Shown here in pieces: positions 39,985 through 51,049 of a stretch of 64,000 nt of DNA. Made by a program: the position numbers and the translations under genes. Positions within the stretch are counted from its first letter, which is position 1. Each line of letters begins with the position of its first letter. The stretch is taken from contig NW_027192198.1 in the NCBI RefSeq assembly GCF_041956535.1, forward strand, positions 698,811-762,810, written 5' to 3'. This DNA comes from Calcarisporiella thermophila CBS 279.70. Lineage: Eukaryota > Fungi > Calcarisporiellomycota. A model generated the notes under the pieces. The model was not told where the DNA came from. It did not search any database and worked only from the letters and a program-made list of their open reading frames with translations.

Positions 39985-40878
39985 ATGAAGGGTTCCACCA
40001 TTCTCATTACTCTTACCTTTGCTTTTAATCTGATCACTACTTCGCAGGCAGCTTTGGTCAATTTCGAAGATAAGGCTGTATCCATCAAACATGATCAGCC
40101 AGTTGCCCGTGGCTTTCATAGTGATGGGATAAGTATTATCGGGGTAAAAGAAGATGGGAAAGAAATCCTAAAGCGAACAGAAAGCATTGAAGAGAGAATG
40201 AGGAAGGAAGCAGAGAGGAGACGAGTGGAGGCAGACAAGAGGAGAAAAGAAATCCATCAACAGAATGAGGCTGCCGCTGAAAGGATGAGGCAGGAGGCAG
40301 AGAGGAGAAGAATGGAAGCGGAAAGGCGGCGAAAAGAGATATATCAGCAGAACGAGGCCGCTGCTGAAAGGGCGAGGCATGAGGCAGAGAGGAGGAGAAT
40401 GGAGGCGGAGAAGAGACGAAAAGAAATTCACCAACAGAATGAAGCTGCCGCTGAGAGGATAAGGCAGGAAGCAGAGAGGAGAAGAATAGAAGCGGAAAGG
40501 CGACGAAAAGAGATACACCAGCAGAACGAAGCTGCCGCTGAAAGGGCAAGGCATGAGGCAGAGAGGAGGAGAATGGAGGCGGAGAAGAGACGAAAAGAAA
40601 TTCACCAACAGAATGAGGCTGCCGCTGAGAGGATAAGGCAGGAGGCAGAGAGGAGAAGAATGGAAGCAGAAAGGCGGCGAAAAGAGATACACCAGCAGAA
40701 CGAAGCTGCCGCTGAAAGGGCAAGGCATGAGGCAGAGAGGAGGAGAATGGAGGCGGAGAAGAGACGAAAAGAAATTCACCAACAGAACGAAGCCGCGGCT
40801 GAAAGGATGAGGCAAGAGGCAGAGAGGAAGAGAGTGGAGGCAGAGAAGCGAAAAAAAGGAAGTTATCATAAAATATAG
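39985..40878 (+). CDS. Secreted protein with 29-aa charged tandem repeats
   Basis: Intronless 297-aa ORF; signal peptide MKGSTILITLTFAFNLITTSQA; ILKR site before the repeats; TATAAAA at about 39869. Confidence 0.85.
   Translation: MKGSTILITLTFAFNLITTSQAALVNFEDKAVSIKHDQPVARGFHSDGISIIGVKEDGKEILKRTESIEERMRKEAERRRVEADKRRKEIHQQNEAAAERMRQEAERRRMEAERRRKEIYQQNEAAAERARHEAERRRMEAEKRRKEIHQQNEAAAERIRQEAERRRIEAERRRKEIHQQNEAAAERARHEAERRRMEAEKRRKEIHQQNEAAAERIRQEAERRRMEAERRRKEIHQQNEAAAERARHEAERRRMEAEKRRKEIHQQNEAAAERMRQEAERKRVEAEKRKKGSYHKI
40192..40857 (+). repeat. 87-bp coding tandem repeat, 7 full copies plus 1 partial
   Basis: Unit ER(M/A/I)R(Q/H/K)EAERRR(M/V/I)EA(E/D)(K/R)RRKEI(H/Y)QQNEAAA. Confidence 0.9.
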
Positions 40879-41360
40879 GATGAAACGCTAAAGAGAGAAA
40901 AGAGGGTAAAATGAGATAAAATCATATAGGAATAGCAAAGAATTTGTTATTCCTGAATTTTTATTAGCTATAATATCTCGTCCTCCCTTTTTTTTTGACA
41001 AAGATATAAAATACTTCTAGTTATTAGTTATTTAGTTTAAAAAGTAGTGTGAGGTTGGTTATTTAAGTATTCTTAGTAATACAGTTTTACTGTGTATCCG
41101 TTCTTTGCCTAATTCTATACATGTTTATCGTCTCACATCTTTTGATTAATTGAATTATTTAGAGAATACTGAAAATATCTTATCACTATCTTTAATAAAG
41201 TTACAATATGTTATACGCAGTAAATAAGACTCAATTTACTCGTCCTCCTCCAACCATTCCTCCTCTATATCTTCATCTTGCGAATTCTCCTAATCTTTAA
41301 TCATCACTATAATCATTTTTTAATTGGTGGATTAAACTTGGTAGAAAATCTAGAGTTGGA

Positions 41361-42258
41361 TTATTTTATTTCTCCTGCAGCAGCAATCACCACAGGAATA
41401 AGTGGCTTCTTTTTGAAATTGGTCCTGGTTCTCTCGATTGCCTGCACAACATCCATACCTGAGAAGTGGAATTTAATGAGCAAGAGAGTGTTAGAAGAAG
41501 CATCTGATATGACTAGATTAAATTCATTACCGCTGAGTACTTTTCCAAATACTACGTGTTTCCCATCAAGAAATGGAGTGCTCACGGTCGTAATAAAAAA
41601 TTGCGAGCCATTGGTGTCTGGACCGGCATTTGCCATGGAAACAGTGCCTGGCTCGATGTGTAAAAGATCGAAGTTCTCGTCAGGAAAGGTCTCGCCATAG
41701 ATGGACCATCCTCCTGTGCCATCCCCTTTTGAAAAATCACCTCCTTGTATCATGAAATTTTTAATAACCCGATGGAACGTGGAGCCTTTATAGCCATATC
41801 CTTTCTAGCATGGTATGTTTTTTTTTTAAAAAAAAAATATAAAGACGCATTATTAGCATCTAGCATATGAAAACTGCTACATTAGAGTCACCTCATAAGT
41901 AGACAAAGCTCGAAAATTTTCCACTAATATAAGTAAATTGTGTCATAGAATCTTGTTAATAATTCTGTTCTTCTCAATAAAGATTTTTTAAAAGCGCTAA
42001 AATATATCTACCTGTCTTTGGAACGGCCTTGCCATAAAGTCCAATGATAATGCGGCCCAGGTATCTATTTCCTTGGTTGATATCAAAATAGACTAGCATT
42101 TCATACAATATGAATAATAAATATATAAAAAAATAAAAGAATATGGATGTTCGCGTACCTCTATGGGTGATAGTAGTGTCTTTTGATGCAAGCACAGTGT
42201 TAAGAGCTGAGAGCAGGAAAATAAATATAAGTGCTACTGGAAATTCCATAAAGTGCAT
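41361..42258 (-). CDS. Secretory-pathway cyclophilin (cyclophilin B-type PPIase)
   Basis: Signal peptide, [72 protein letters not shown]. Confidence 0.9.
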
Positions 42259-43130
42259 ACTTGGAGAACAGATAAATAGTAAGTAAATAGGAGAGTGAAA
42301 AAATAAATAATCAAATTGAATAGCATGGGCAAGGGTTTGCAATGTTGGTTCTGTTTACATGGGTTGGTAGTAGTTCATAAATGTTATTTAATAAAGTATT
42401 TGTCTAAGCCTTATTTTATATTTGCAAATAATCGATATGAGAGCGGGTTATTGCTTCACTTAGAAAGAAAGTAACCTAATATTTTAAGAGTATATATAGA
42501 TTGCTGGTTAAAAGTCGTATAAATTGAAAAAATGAGATCATAAATATCACATCGGGGGTGTTCACACTGCCCGCTTATTCGGATTACTAATTTAAAAATT
42601 AAGCGAAATTCTGCATTTTAATTGGCCAACTTAGTAAAACAGAATCAGCAAAAAATTCAAAATAATCACTAAAAAACACCTCTCGAGTCAGTATTTCGGC
42701 TTGAGTGTATAGTAATCCCAACACGTTTCACAAGTTGAACTATAGAACTAGAGAGCACCAAAATTCTAGTGTGAATGGCCCTCGAGAAGAGAAAAATATT
42801 AGTGATACATGGTTGGTTGTGAATACTAAATATTCACAATAAGAAGATAATCAAAAAAGCAAGCGTGAACGCGCCCTTTATTTGAATGTTAGATGCCCAA
42901 ATTAACCAATAGCCAGTTGTTGTAATATTTTCCTGTTTCTTCAAAGAAAATATTAAACTAATAAAAGATCTAATGTTACCATGATGGTGAGTAGTAAAAA
43001 TACATCACTAGCTTTCGTAAAAAGTAAATGAAGCTGGCAATAGCAACATATATATATATCAATGATACAAAATTCAATGCAATGGCAAATTTGATTACTT
43101 TATCTAATGGGTTCAACGACGATTGATATT

Positions 43131-45527
43131 TCAGAGCAAATAAGAATGACGTGAAGTCACGTTTCCCTCACTGAGTGTCAGATCGTAACAATTAGGAGAT
43201 AGTGAAAATTCAACTGCTTGAAGCCATGGTGCAGGATTTGAAATGGTGCTGAAATTCGCTGTGCCATAATCTAGAGGTCCTGAGAGAACTTGTATAGGAT
43301 CTACTGCATTAGTAAATAATATTTGTTCTAACAAACTCGGATATGATAGCATCGAAGAACAAGGGGACCTGACAAACGTGGATAGCGAGGCTTGGCTTGG
43401 ATTTGAGCAGATAACTTCAGCGCTAGAATTAAAGAAAGTTCGATTGAGTGAGATATGGTATTCATTGGAACAAAGCTCTGGATTTATGTCTGAAGCGTAT
43501 TGTGATCTTTCGGGAGTACAATTAATGGTGAGCGAGCCAGATGAAGGTGTGTGTGATGCGGCCGGCGAATGTAATAAAACCGCATGCATCATCAATTCTT
43601 GTGGCGATACATCGCTAGTAGAATTTACATTCATCAATGATCCAAAACTAACTCGTAGTGCTGGGACTAATTCCATTGTACTTTCGTTGCTCCCCTCTAC
43701 TCCAATGGGGGGTAAATATTTCGCACTATTTTCATATTGTGACTGTATATCTTTTACTGCCCGAACAATGAATCGTTGTTAGTAATATATTTGCTCGTAA
43801 GCATTCTTTGTGTTCTATGCAAATTATGGATTGCCTCTTCGCGCCTATCCAAAACTTTGGACCCCACAATCATTGCGAAAATGCAAGCGCTCGTGTTTAA
43901 TCCAAAGATTATGATCGGGTGTAGCGGTAAATTCTCCTGATTTGGAAGGATTAGCTCTGAGATGCTTACGACCATTTCGGCGGAATCTAAACATTCTGAA
44001 AAAGTTTCGACGGTGATAAATGGTGTCTTCATTTTATCGTTAAAAAAAAACGAGTGAATTTTAAGGATGTGAAGAAATAGTAATATTTCCAAAGTATTCG
44101 CTGGATTCAGATCTACTGGAATTTCGTGCATCATCTTATTAATTTCTTCTGAGATTCTCGGCGGGTCTTCTTGTGAATGTGTGGAAGCATGGTCAGTCAA
44201 CCTGATGCCGTTATGGTCAATTATATAAAAGGGGTTTGATGTTGTTAGCATATCCCACTGCCAGATATTGGGCACCTTAACACTGAGATAAGTGCAGGTA
44301 TAAATGAGCGAATGAGACGAATGTGCTCCTCTTGGTACAGAAAATACCCATTATCTCTATCCAGCTTGAAGAGTGTGGATTCGTGTTCGCTTTTGACGGG
44401 AAGTTTTATAGAAGCATTCATTAAATGTTCATAGAAGCCAAAATCAATTTGAAATGTAGCATATGTAATTGCTATGCGTAATGCCCACCAAATATTATTG
44501 CGCAGCTCCCGTTCGACAGGATCAATTTGCAAATCGAATTGATCCGAGTCTTGTTCTCGAATCCGTAGATCCCTGGACATCCTCAGTGCAATAGTGATCA
44601 ATGGAGATGATTGTTGAAAATTTCCAGATGACGCCTAGTAACAGCTCAGAATATAGAGACCCTGCAATTTTGTGAGAGAGGGTTGGTACGGCTCGTGTTC
44701 TAACAACCACATCGCATAATCTATAAATATCAACCCTTTTCCCGTGGCTTTGCGGTCAGAATCCAACCTTAATACCTTTCCGAAAACTAGTGCGTACAGA
44801 AAGGGATCGATTCGATTTTCCACATAGTTCTTGATCATGATACTACGATTGAGGATCAGGGGAAATGCGTATCTCGTGAACCACGCGTTGATGAATTTTA
44901 TTGCTGTAAAGGAGTTGACCGATTTGAGAGGATCTCTATATTTGAAGACGACTCTCTTATTTTTGCTATTCTCCAACTTATTAGGGATAGGAATTATATC
45001 AGACCAATGGATTTTCTCATCCAGAGACAATGCGCTCATCTTTTTTACGAGAATGCCAAGCAAATTGTTGCAAAGGGCATAGGTAGCAGGCGAATGTTTG
45101 TAATTGAGTCTTTCAGACCATCTCGTTCTCCATATAGGTTGATAAGCCGAAATGGAAGTATACGACGGCTAATTAAATGAAGGACATAATGTGATTAAAG
45201 GAAGGATAGCGTTTGAAAATGGCAGCTTCAACTTACATTCATGCTAATACAGAATCGATCAACCTCCAATGCATGATTTTGGACTATTGTCTCGTAATCG
45301 CCATACAATAAAAAGATGTTTTCATGTTGCAGAAATTTATTGCGGGGACGGCCTCTACGAACAGGCGTATTTGTGTACACGCAAACTACTTCATCTGCTT
45401 TACAGCGCAAACAACCACTAGGATCACCGTTGCATTTTAGCTTTTTCAGATGACACCTAGAGCATGCCTTTCGGACTCGAGGATGTTTTAGTTTGAAGGT
45501 GATTTCTTTAGAAGACAAGGCATTCAT
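43131..45527 (-). pseudogene. Zn(II)2Cys6 fungal transcription factor, disrupted
   Basis: ACSRCHLKKLKCNGDPSGCLRCKADEVVC cluster plus fungal TF middle region (DPVERELRNNIWW). In-frame TAG at 44635-44637 and frame changes near 44280 and 43780 without evident introns. Confidence 0.75.
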
Positions 45528-46489
45528 AAGAGAGAGTATTATATCCTATGTCGATTTGATTTAGGTTGGAAAGGAGAAATTTGTAAAAAAAATTAATACA
45601 AATTAGCTAAACGTCAACCATCATGAAGCATTAAATATTCTTGAACGTTGTTCCAAACGAACGACATTTTACATCCATATATAAGCGACGTGTCAGTTTG
45701 TTCGAATCAATTACGGGTTATTTGGCTTTAAATGGTTCGATCTAGGTTTTCGGCGTACTATCAAAAATTTTTAAGCGGACAATTTTATTTCCGCTTTAAC
45801 AATTATTGATAATCGATAATATTGTGATTACTTCTTGCCTCGCAAGGGCATTTTTTATTTTAAAGACTTATGTGAAGCTATTTATAAGAGATATATTTCA
45901 TCTTGTTCCTCCTTGTATTTTTGATTGATATAATCGTTAATGTTGTAGACTATTTTTTAAAATATATTTATATTTATCATATCGTACGGATGGGGTTAGC
46001 TAATATAGGTTTGCAAATACCTGAGCATAAATTATCTTAGTGACCGTAATTGTTTCCAGCTATTATAACCATATACAACATGTCTACTTGGAGCGCATTC
46101 GAATTTTCGTACTGTCTTTTGGATTCATTCAACGAAAGTTTTACTGAACTCCAAATATTAAAAGGAATTAATGCTCAGCGTATCTGGAAGTCGGATATAT
46201 CAAATAATTTTCGTAGCTATCTTGAATAGCGGGTTGGTGTAATTAATGTAACTAATGCATACTAATGGGATTAACCCAAGATTATCATGGTGGTGCTTAA
46301 CGAGCAGGTGAGCATGGGCCACAAATTGGAAATGAGTGTATCCTTCTTCCTCTACATAAGAACTCTTGGAAGTACTCTTTTTTATCACTTATGGACGCAG
46401 ACCACCATTTAGATCTCACGAATTTTTTGCAAATCGAGTCCTAGTTTTTCAACGAGTGCTATCGATAAAGGGAGGGATTAGAAAGGAGA

Positions 46490-47146
46490 TTTTTATTGTC
46501 ATTAGCGAGACTTCATTGTATGAGAAGGCTCTTAATTAAGTACAATAGCTACATTAATGAAGGAATCGAATGAAAGAAAGGTTAAGAGTTAAGGAAGAAT
46601 ATGAATTCGGGGTGGTATGGTGGACACAACGTTATATTTAACTCAAATTGGAAAAAGTGTGGCAAACCTCATCTAACTGTGGGTATCAGAGTAAGGTTGA
46701 TAAACGAGATGAAAGGTGAAAGGGGAGAAGAGTTAAGGAGAAGTAGAAGTAAATGTTGCTGCATCATTCCAGTACCAGTGCCACTCTAATAACACTTTCT
46801 TCAACCATTTGAACCACCTGCTTCAAAACTGTTCCATTTGTCGCTTTCTTCGTTCTATTGTTAATTCGGCTCCTATAACCCCTCAATATCCAGTTTGGCA
46901 CGGTTGATGATAGTCTCAATTGAAGACAGAGGCAATACTAGAGCAAGAGCCAGACACGACAGGACGGAGAGTTTGGAAAAGACAGAAAATACTGATAGAG
47001 AACATAGACGCGACAAGCAAGGCACAGAATTATTAGAGAATCCAAGCACGTTTTTTTGTGCTGGTGGGAGTTACGGGATTCGAAACCCGCACCATCTCGA
47101 TGGTACCGAAGAGCGGTTACCACTAAGCTACTCCACCCCCTATCCC
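46490..47146 (-). mobile_element. tRNA-headed element with a LINE ORF2-derived 3' body (SINE-B)
   Basis: Head ...GGAGTAGCTTAGTGG...GGTTTCGAATCCC...CCCACCAGCAC; body encodes degenerate ETIINRAKLDIE-GVIGAEL; degenerate TSD (14/17) at 46471-46487 and 47147-47163. Confidence 0.65.
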
Positions 47147-47163
47147 GGAGGGAGTGGAAATGA

Positions 47164-48016
47164 TTTTTTTTTTGATCAATCAACGGAGTCTTTAATTAGT
47201 TTCTGTAGCTTACAAGAGTTTAATGATTACAATGAAAAAAGAAAGGGGGAATAAAGGGGTGGGGCTATATTTAGGTGGCAAGGTGGAAGTTAGATTTTGA
47301 CAATTTATGTTAGCCCAGAAAGGGAGAGAAGAGAGGAAGGCAAAGAAACGCAAGGGGGTAAGAACATAGAGAAGGTGATAAACGTGGAGTAAGGGAATAA
47401 AGGGTAGATTAGATGTATATAGTGATCGGGTATTTGGTGAAAGATATGAAGTAAAGAGGAGGAGAGGAGGTAAAGAGTGGATAGGGAGAGAGGAAGGGTT
47501 GCTTCGTCACTCCAGTTTTAGTTTTGCTCTATCCTAACTTTCTATTACCGCTCCCTGACTGCACCACCTTCTTCGGAATAACTCTATCTCTCATCTTATT
47601 CGTGCCTTTATCAGTTCACCTCCCATAGCCTCCTCGATGTCCATTTTGGCACGGAGGATGATTGTCTCGGGTGATGCTCGAGTGCATTCGAAATGGTAGG
47701 CAATTCGGTCCCGATGAATTTGCCATAATACCGAATCAAAGACGATTTGAGCCGCGTGTTTTATGTCCTCGGGGCTTCTGGTAGGTCGCCAAGTACGAGA
47801 TTTCTGGGATCCAGCACCTGAGTGTTTAGGGGACCTGAGATGGTGTGGATACACCTCTCCGCCCAATGCCACACTGACGTGAGTTCGGGGCATTCGAAGA
47901 AGGTGTGACGGATGGGGTCCTCGGAGCGTTACAGCGGGTATATTTCGTGTCATGGCCGGACGGGATCCGGTGCTTTCCACCAAAGATGGCCGTAATCCTT
48001 CGTGTCATGGCCGGGG
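47164..48016 (-). mobile_element. 5'-truncated L1-clade LINE (zf-RVT C-terminus + 3'UTR + poly-A), degenerate
   Basis: Poly-T on + strand. With frameshifts it translates as HRIPSGH..xTRC..ED.IRHTFFECP...VLWQIHRDRIAYHFE...ETIILRAKMDIEE...FRRRW. No TSD found. Confidence 0.8.
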
Positions 48017-48078
48017 CTTTCGAGAAATTTTCGAAAAAAAGGAATTATATCCTATTCCTAAAAAAGGAAATCAAGATC

Positions 48079-48151
48079 GGGGAATTAGCTCAAATGGTAG
48101 AGCGCTCGCTTAGCATGCGAGAGGCACGGGGATCGATACCCCGATTCTCCA
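48079..48151 (+). tRNA. tRNA-Ala (AGC)
   Basis: Identical to 32911-32983; followed by TTTTT. Confidence 0.97.
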
Positions 48152-48528
48152 TTTTTATTTTCATGGATGTCATTTTAGAGTTTCAGGTAGTCTGATGGGC
48201 TTTTAATTCTAAAAAACGGCTTAATATATACATTATTTATATTTTCAATGATAGTGACATCAAAGATATATGTGATAATGAAATGAGTATATTATAATTC
48301 TGTATCATGTGAATGATGGTAAAGATAAGTATAAGGATACCATGACGTAACAAATGAATTAAAATTTCAAAAATGAAAAAAAAAGAGCAGAGGAAAAAGA
48401 GGAAAAAAGGAGATTATTGTATCCTATCAAGGTCAGCGACTCTCGAACAGTTTCTTATGATAGAAGGAAGTGAAGTTAGGATATATTTATAATACAATTA
48501 TACTCTAATTTCACCACCTACGAAACTA

Positions 48529-48751
48529 GTTACTTCTTGTTCACTTCTTCTAACAAAGACTAAGATATGAAGGCTATATATACACTTAAAATAGCTAAGT
48601 TACGTAAAGCAAGACACAGAAAATATAATCCGAAGGCTGAACCAAAGTCTTGCTACGGAATATTAAATTGTAACAAACCAATGTTCGAAAAACGGCTACT
48701 ATTTGCATATTTACCCTAACTTACAACATATCCCTTCTCTAGCACACGACA
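48529..48751. mobile_element. LTR family 2, copy B (partial, diverged, lacks SINE-A)
   Basis: Aligns with 32375-32525 plus 32842-32896 and ends CTAGCACACGACA; left boundary not resolved. Confidence 0.65.
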
Positions 48752-48779
48752 CAGTTGAAGAGAGTGGAGCGGGGAGACT

Positions 48780-49083
48780 CGATCATGGAATATATTACAA
48801 GTTCCAGGGATATTCACGTCGACTTCGTTTGTCGGAGGACGAGGTAGTCTATCGGTTTATCGATGGTCTAAAGCTTCATTGTCACATTGCAGTTCGGCTA
48901 AGATATCCCGAAACTTTGGAGGAGATAGTGGCAATTGCATCCAGGCATGAGACGGCTACAGCGCCAATCCATATATCAGCTCTTCGGGGAACGGCATCCA
49001 GGAAGGGATATGATAATGTTAGTGAGGATCCAATGGATCTGTCGACAATTAATGACAACAAGAAAAGCGGAAAACTCGAATAG
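48780..49083 (+). mobile_element. Ty3/gypsy gag remnant
   Basis: YRFIDGLK...VRLRYPETLEEIVAIA and DPMDLS motifs typical of the gypsy Gag C-terminal region; no pol follows. Confidence 0.6.
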
Positions 49084-49758
49084 TGAGCCGGCTAGTTGCC
49101 AGGAATTGGCAAGGGAAAAAGCCAAAGATTTCTCTGATAATCATTTTATTCTTTAAGATATGGTGTGATAGATACTTTTGTGGGGTGATCAGTATACTTA
49201 ATATCATACGATTAACATATTTATCCAGAATCACCTTATATTCATATATATTACATACTTGTGATACATTATCTTTAGTATAAAAAGGAGAATACCTTTA
49301 ACTAGAATAAAGTGTGCTATTTTGGTATTGAGATAGAACCGGATTACTTTACAATCCACTTTGTGTCGTTTATTAGTCTTCTGAAGTGTTTAAGGAAGGA
49401 CAATCAAGAGCCTAGGGATAACTAGAGGATTGTCGAGATATACCTTATTAGACATATATTCGACGCAACAAATTGTTACGGGCGAAAGAAGATTTGTGTG
49501 GAGGGGTGTCCGGATCTTGATAAAATAAGAAAATTTATCTTTATAGTTCAGAGAATCGGTATAGAACATTGAAATAAACCGAGGGGTTTAAATAAGTCAA
49601 GAAAAGCTATACGTAAAATTAAGAGAAATAACGAAATCGAGAGCATATTAAGGTTGTCGAAATCCTTGTTATACATGTCGTGCTATCACGCTATTTTCGT
49701 CATGATACTCGCGAATATTGCACCTTCAGCTTACGCTACACTCGTGCTACACTCTCGA

Positions 49759-50624
49759 TTTTTTTTTGTTTCTCTAAGGACGCGGGAACTTGCGTCCTGT
49801 GGTTTATTTAATATATGTTACGAATGTGAGATGTGCTTCCAAACAAGTATTAGAAAAACATGGGATATAATTTAAAGAGTTCCATGCTTGGCAATGTCGG
49901 GTTAAGTGTTCTTTGCTTCCTCGAAGTCGAAGGCTACTTCTTGGGTGTCATTGATCTGGATTAGCGAGCTCTTTCCCCATTTTTGCTTGAACCCTTCTTC
50001 GTCTTTTTTCCTCTGTGCCTGTATCCATTGTCCTTTGATTGCTATGAGAAGATCTGATAAAAAGATACACTTGAATGCGATGTCCTCGTGTTCTTGGTTG
50101 TCCATTACAATTGCAATCCTGGTCTTATGTATACTCCACACCATGATGTCGTGTAACAACATGGAGACTTGTTGAACTTTGCCCCGCGTCTCCTCGTGGA
50201 ATCCAAAGAGTTTCTAGTACTTATGCATGCTTGTCCAGGGCTTATCGAGGATCTTTTGATGGAGCCTGTTAAACCACCTCCACAGATCTCCAATTCTCGC
50301 ACATTCAAAGAAGGATTGTTCTATCGTCTCTGTCTCTTCTCGTCGGCATCTCTTGCAGTTGGGGCTAGAGTGGTCGAAGTGTTGGGCAATTCTTGCTGTT
50401 ATTAACTTATGTTGAAGGAGATGCCATCGAAGGACCTTTTGCTTTGGTTCGCTTGGGCGTCTTGGCCAGCTCTTCCAGGCTCTTCTCCGCGCTCCTTCAT
50501 CTGAGGCAATGTGCGCCCATTCTCTAGTTACCGCAACTGGATCTGGTGATATCTGGTATAATCTGCCGAACTTGATAGAGTAGAGCTTGATATTGACACC
50601 TGCTATTTTCAAGTTCTGGGTGGG
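49759..50624 (-). mobile_element. 5'-truncated L1-clade LINE, second family
   Basis: zf-RVT: WHLLQHKLIT...CKRCRREETETIEQSFFEC, then VWSIHKTR...FKQKWG; poly-A; TSD GTGCTACACTCTC(G/A)A at 49744-49758 and 50625-50639. Confidence 0.85.
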
Positions 50625-50640
50625 GTGCTACACTCTCAAG

Positions 50641-50955
50641 TTTTTTTTTTTTGAGATTAAAGGATCTTTTATTGAAAAGTCCCCTATAAAGTTAAATGAA
50701 AGGATTTGCACGCTATTTCTAACGCTCAACCATTGCTTACATGTATTTCTTCTGACAAGTCACTATATTAAACGTATTTCTTTTTTTTCCTGAGGACGAT
50801 CAATATCAAATTATTAAGAACGAAGTAGCTTATAGCTCGATTTTTAGAGTATGTCCCGGACCCATCTCTAGTACAGGTGCCGTCGCCGGGAATCGAACCC
50901 AGCACACATTGGTTAAGCCCCGGGACTCTTAACTACTGTGCCATCCAGGGACGGC
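50641..50955 (-). mobile_element. tRNA-headed SINE (SINE-C)
   Basis: Head GCCGTC...TGGCACAGTAG...GGTTCGATTCC...GACGGCA; tail AATAAAAGATCC plus poly-A; TSD GTGCTACACTCTC(A/G)AG at 50625-50640 and 50957-50972. Confidence 0.8.
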
Positions 50956-51049
50956 GGTGCTACACTCTCGAGTGACTTGGTTACTAACCTAACCTAAGAC
51001 TGTCAATGTGACTTGCCCGTACCAAAAACCAATTTTCTCTCAACAAAAT

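Larger units (their letters stand above)
49474..51045. mobile_element. Solo LTR, family 3 (related to family 1), with two nested insertions
   Basis: Begins TGTTACGGGCG, ends CTCAACA, flanked by AAAT at 49470-49473 and 51046-51049; shares termini and GAGGGGTTTAAAT with LTR1. Confidence 0.75.

Noticed and set aside
40136-40869. Long antisense ORFs and a CRISPR-like appearance of the repeat
   Set aside because: These are shadows of the 87-bp coding repeat; there are no unique spacers and the context is eukaryotic.
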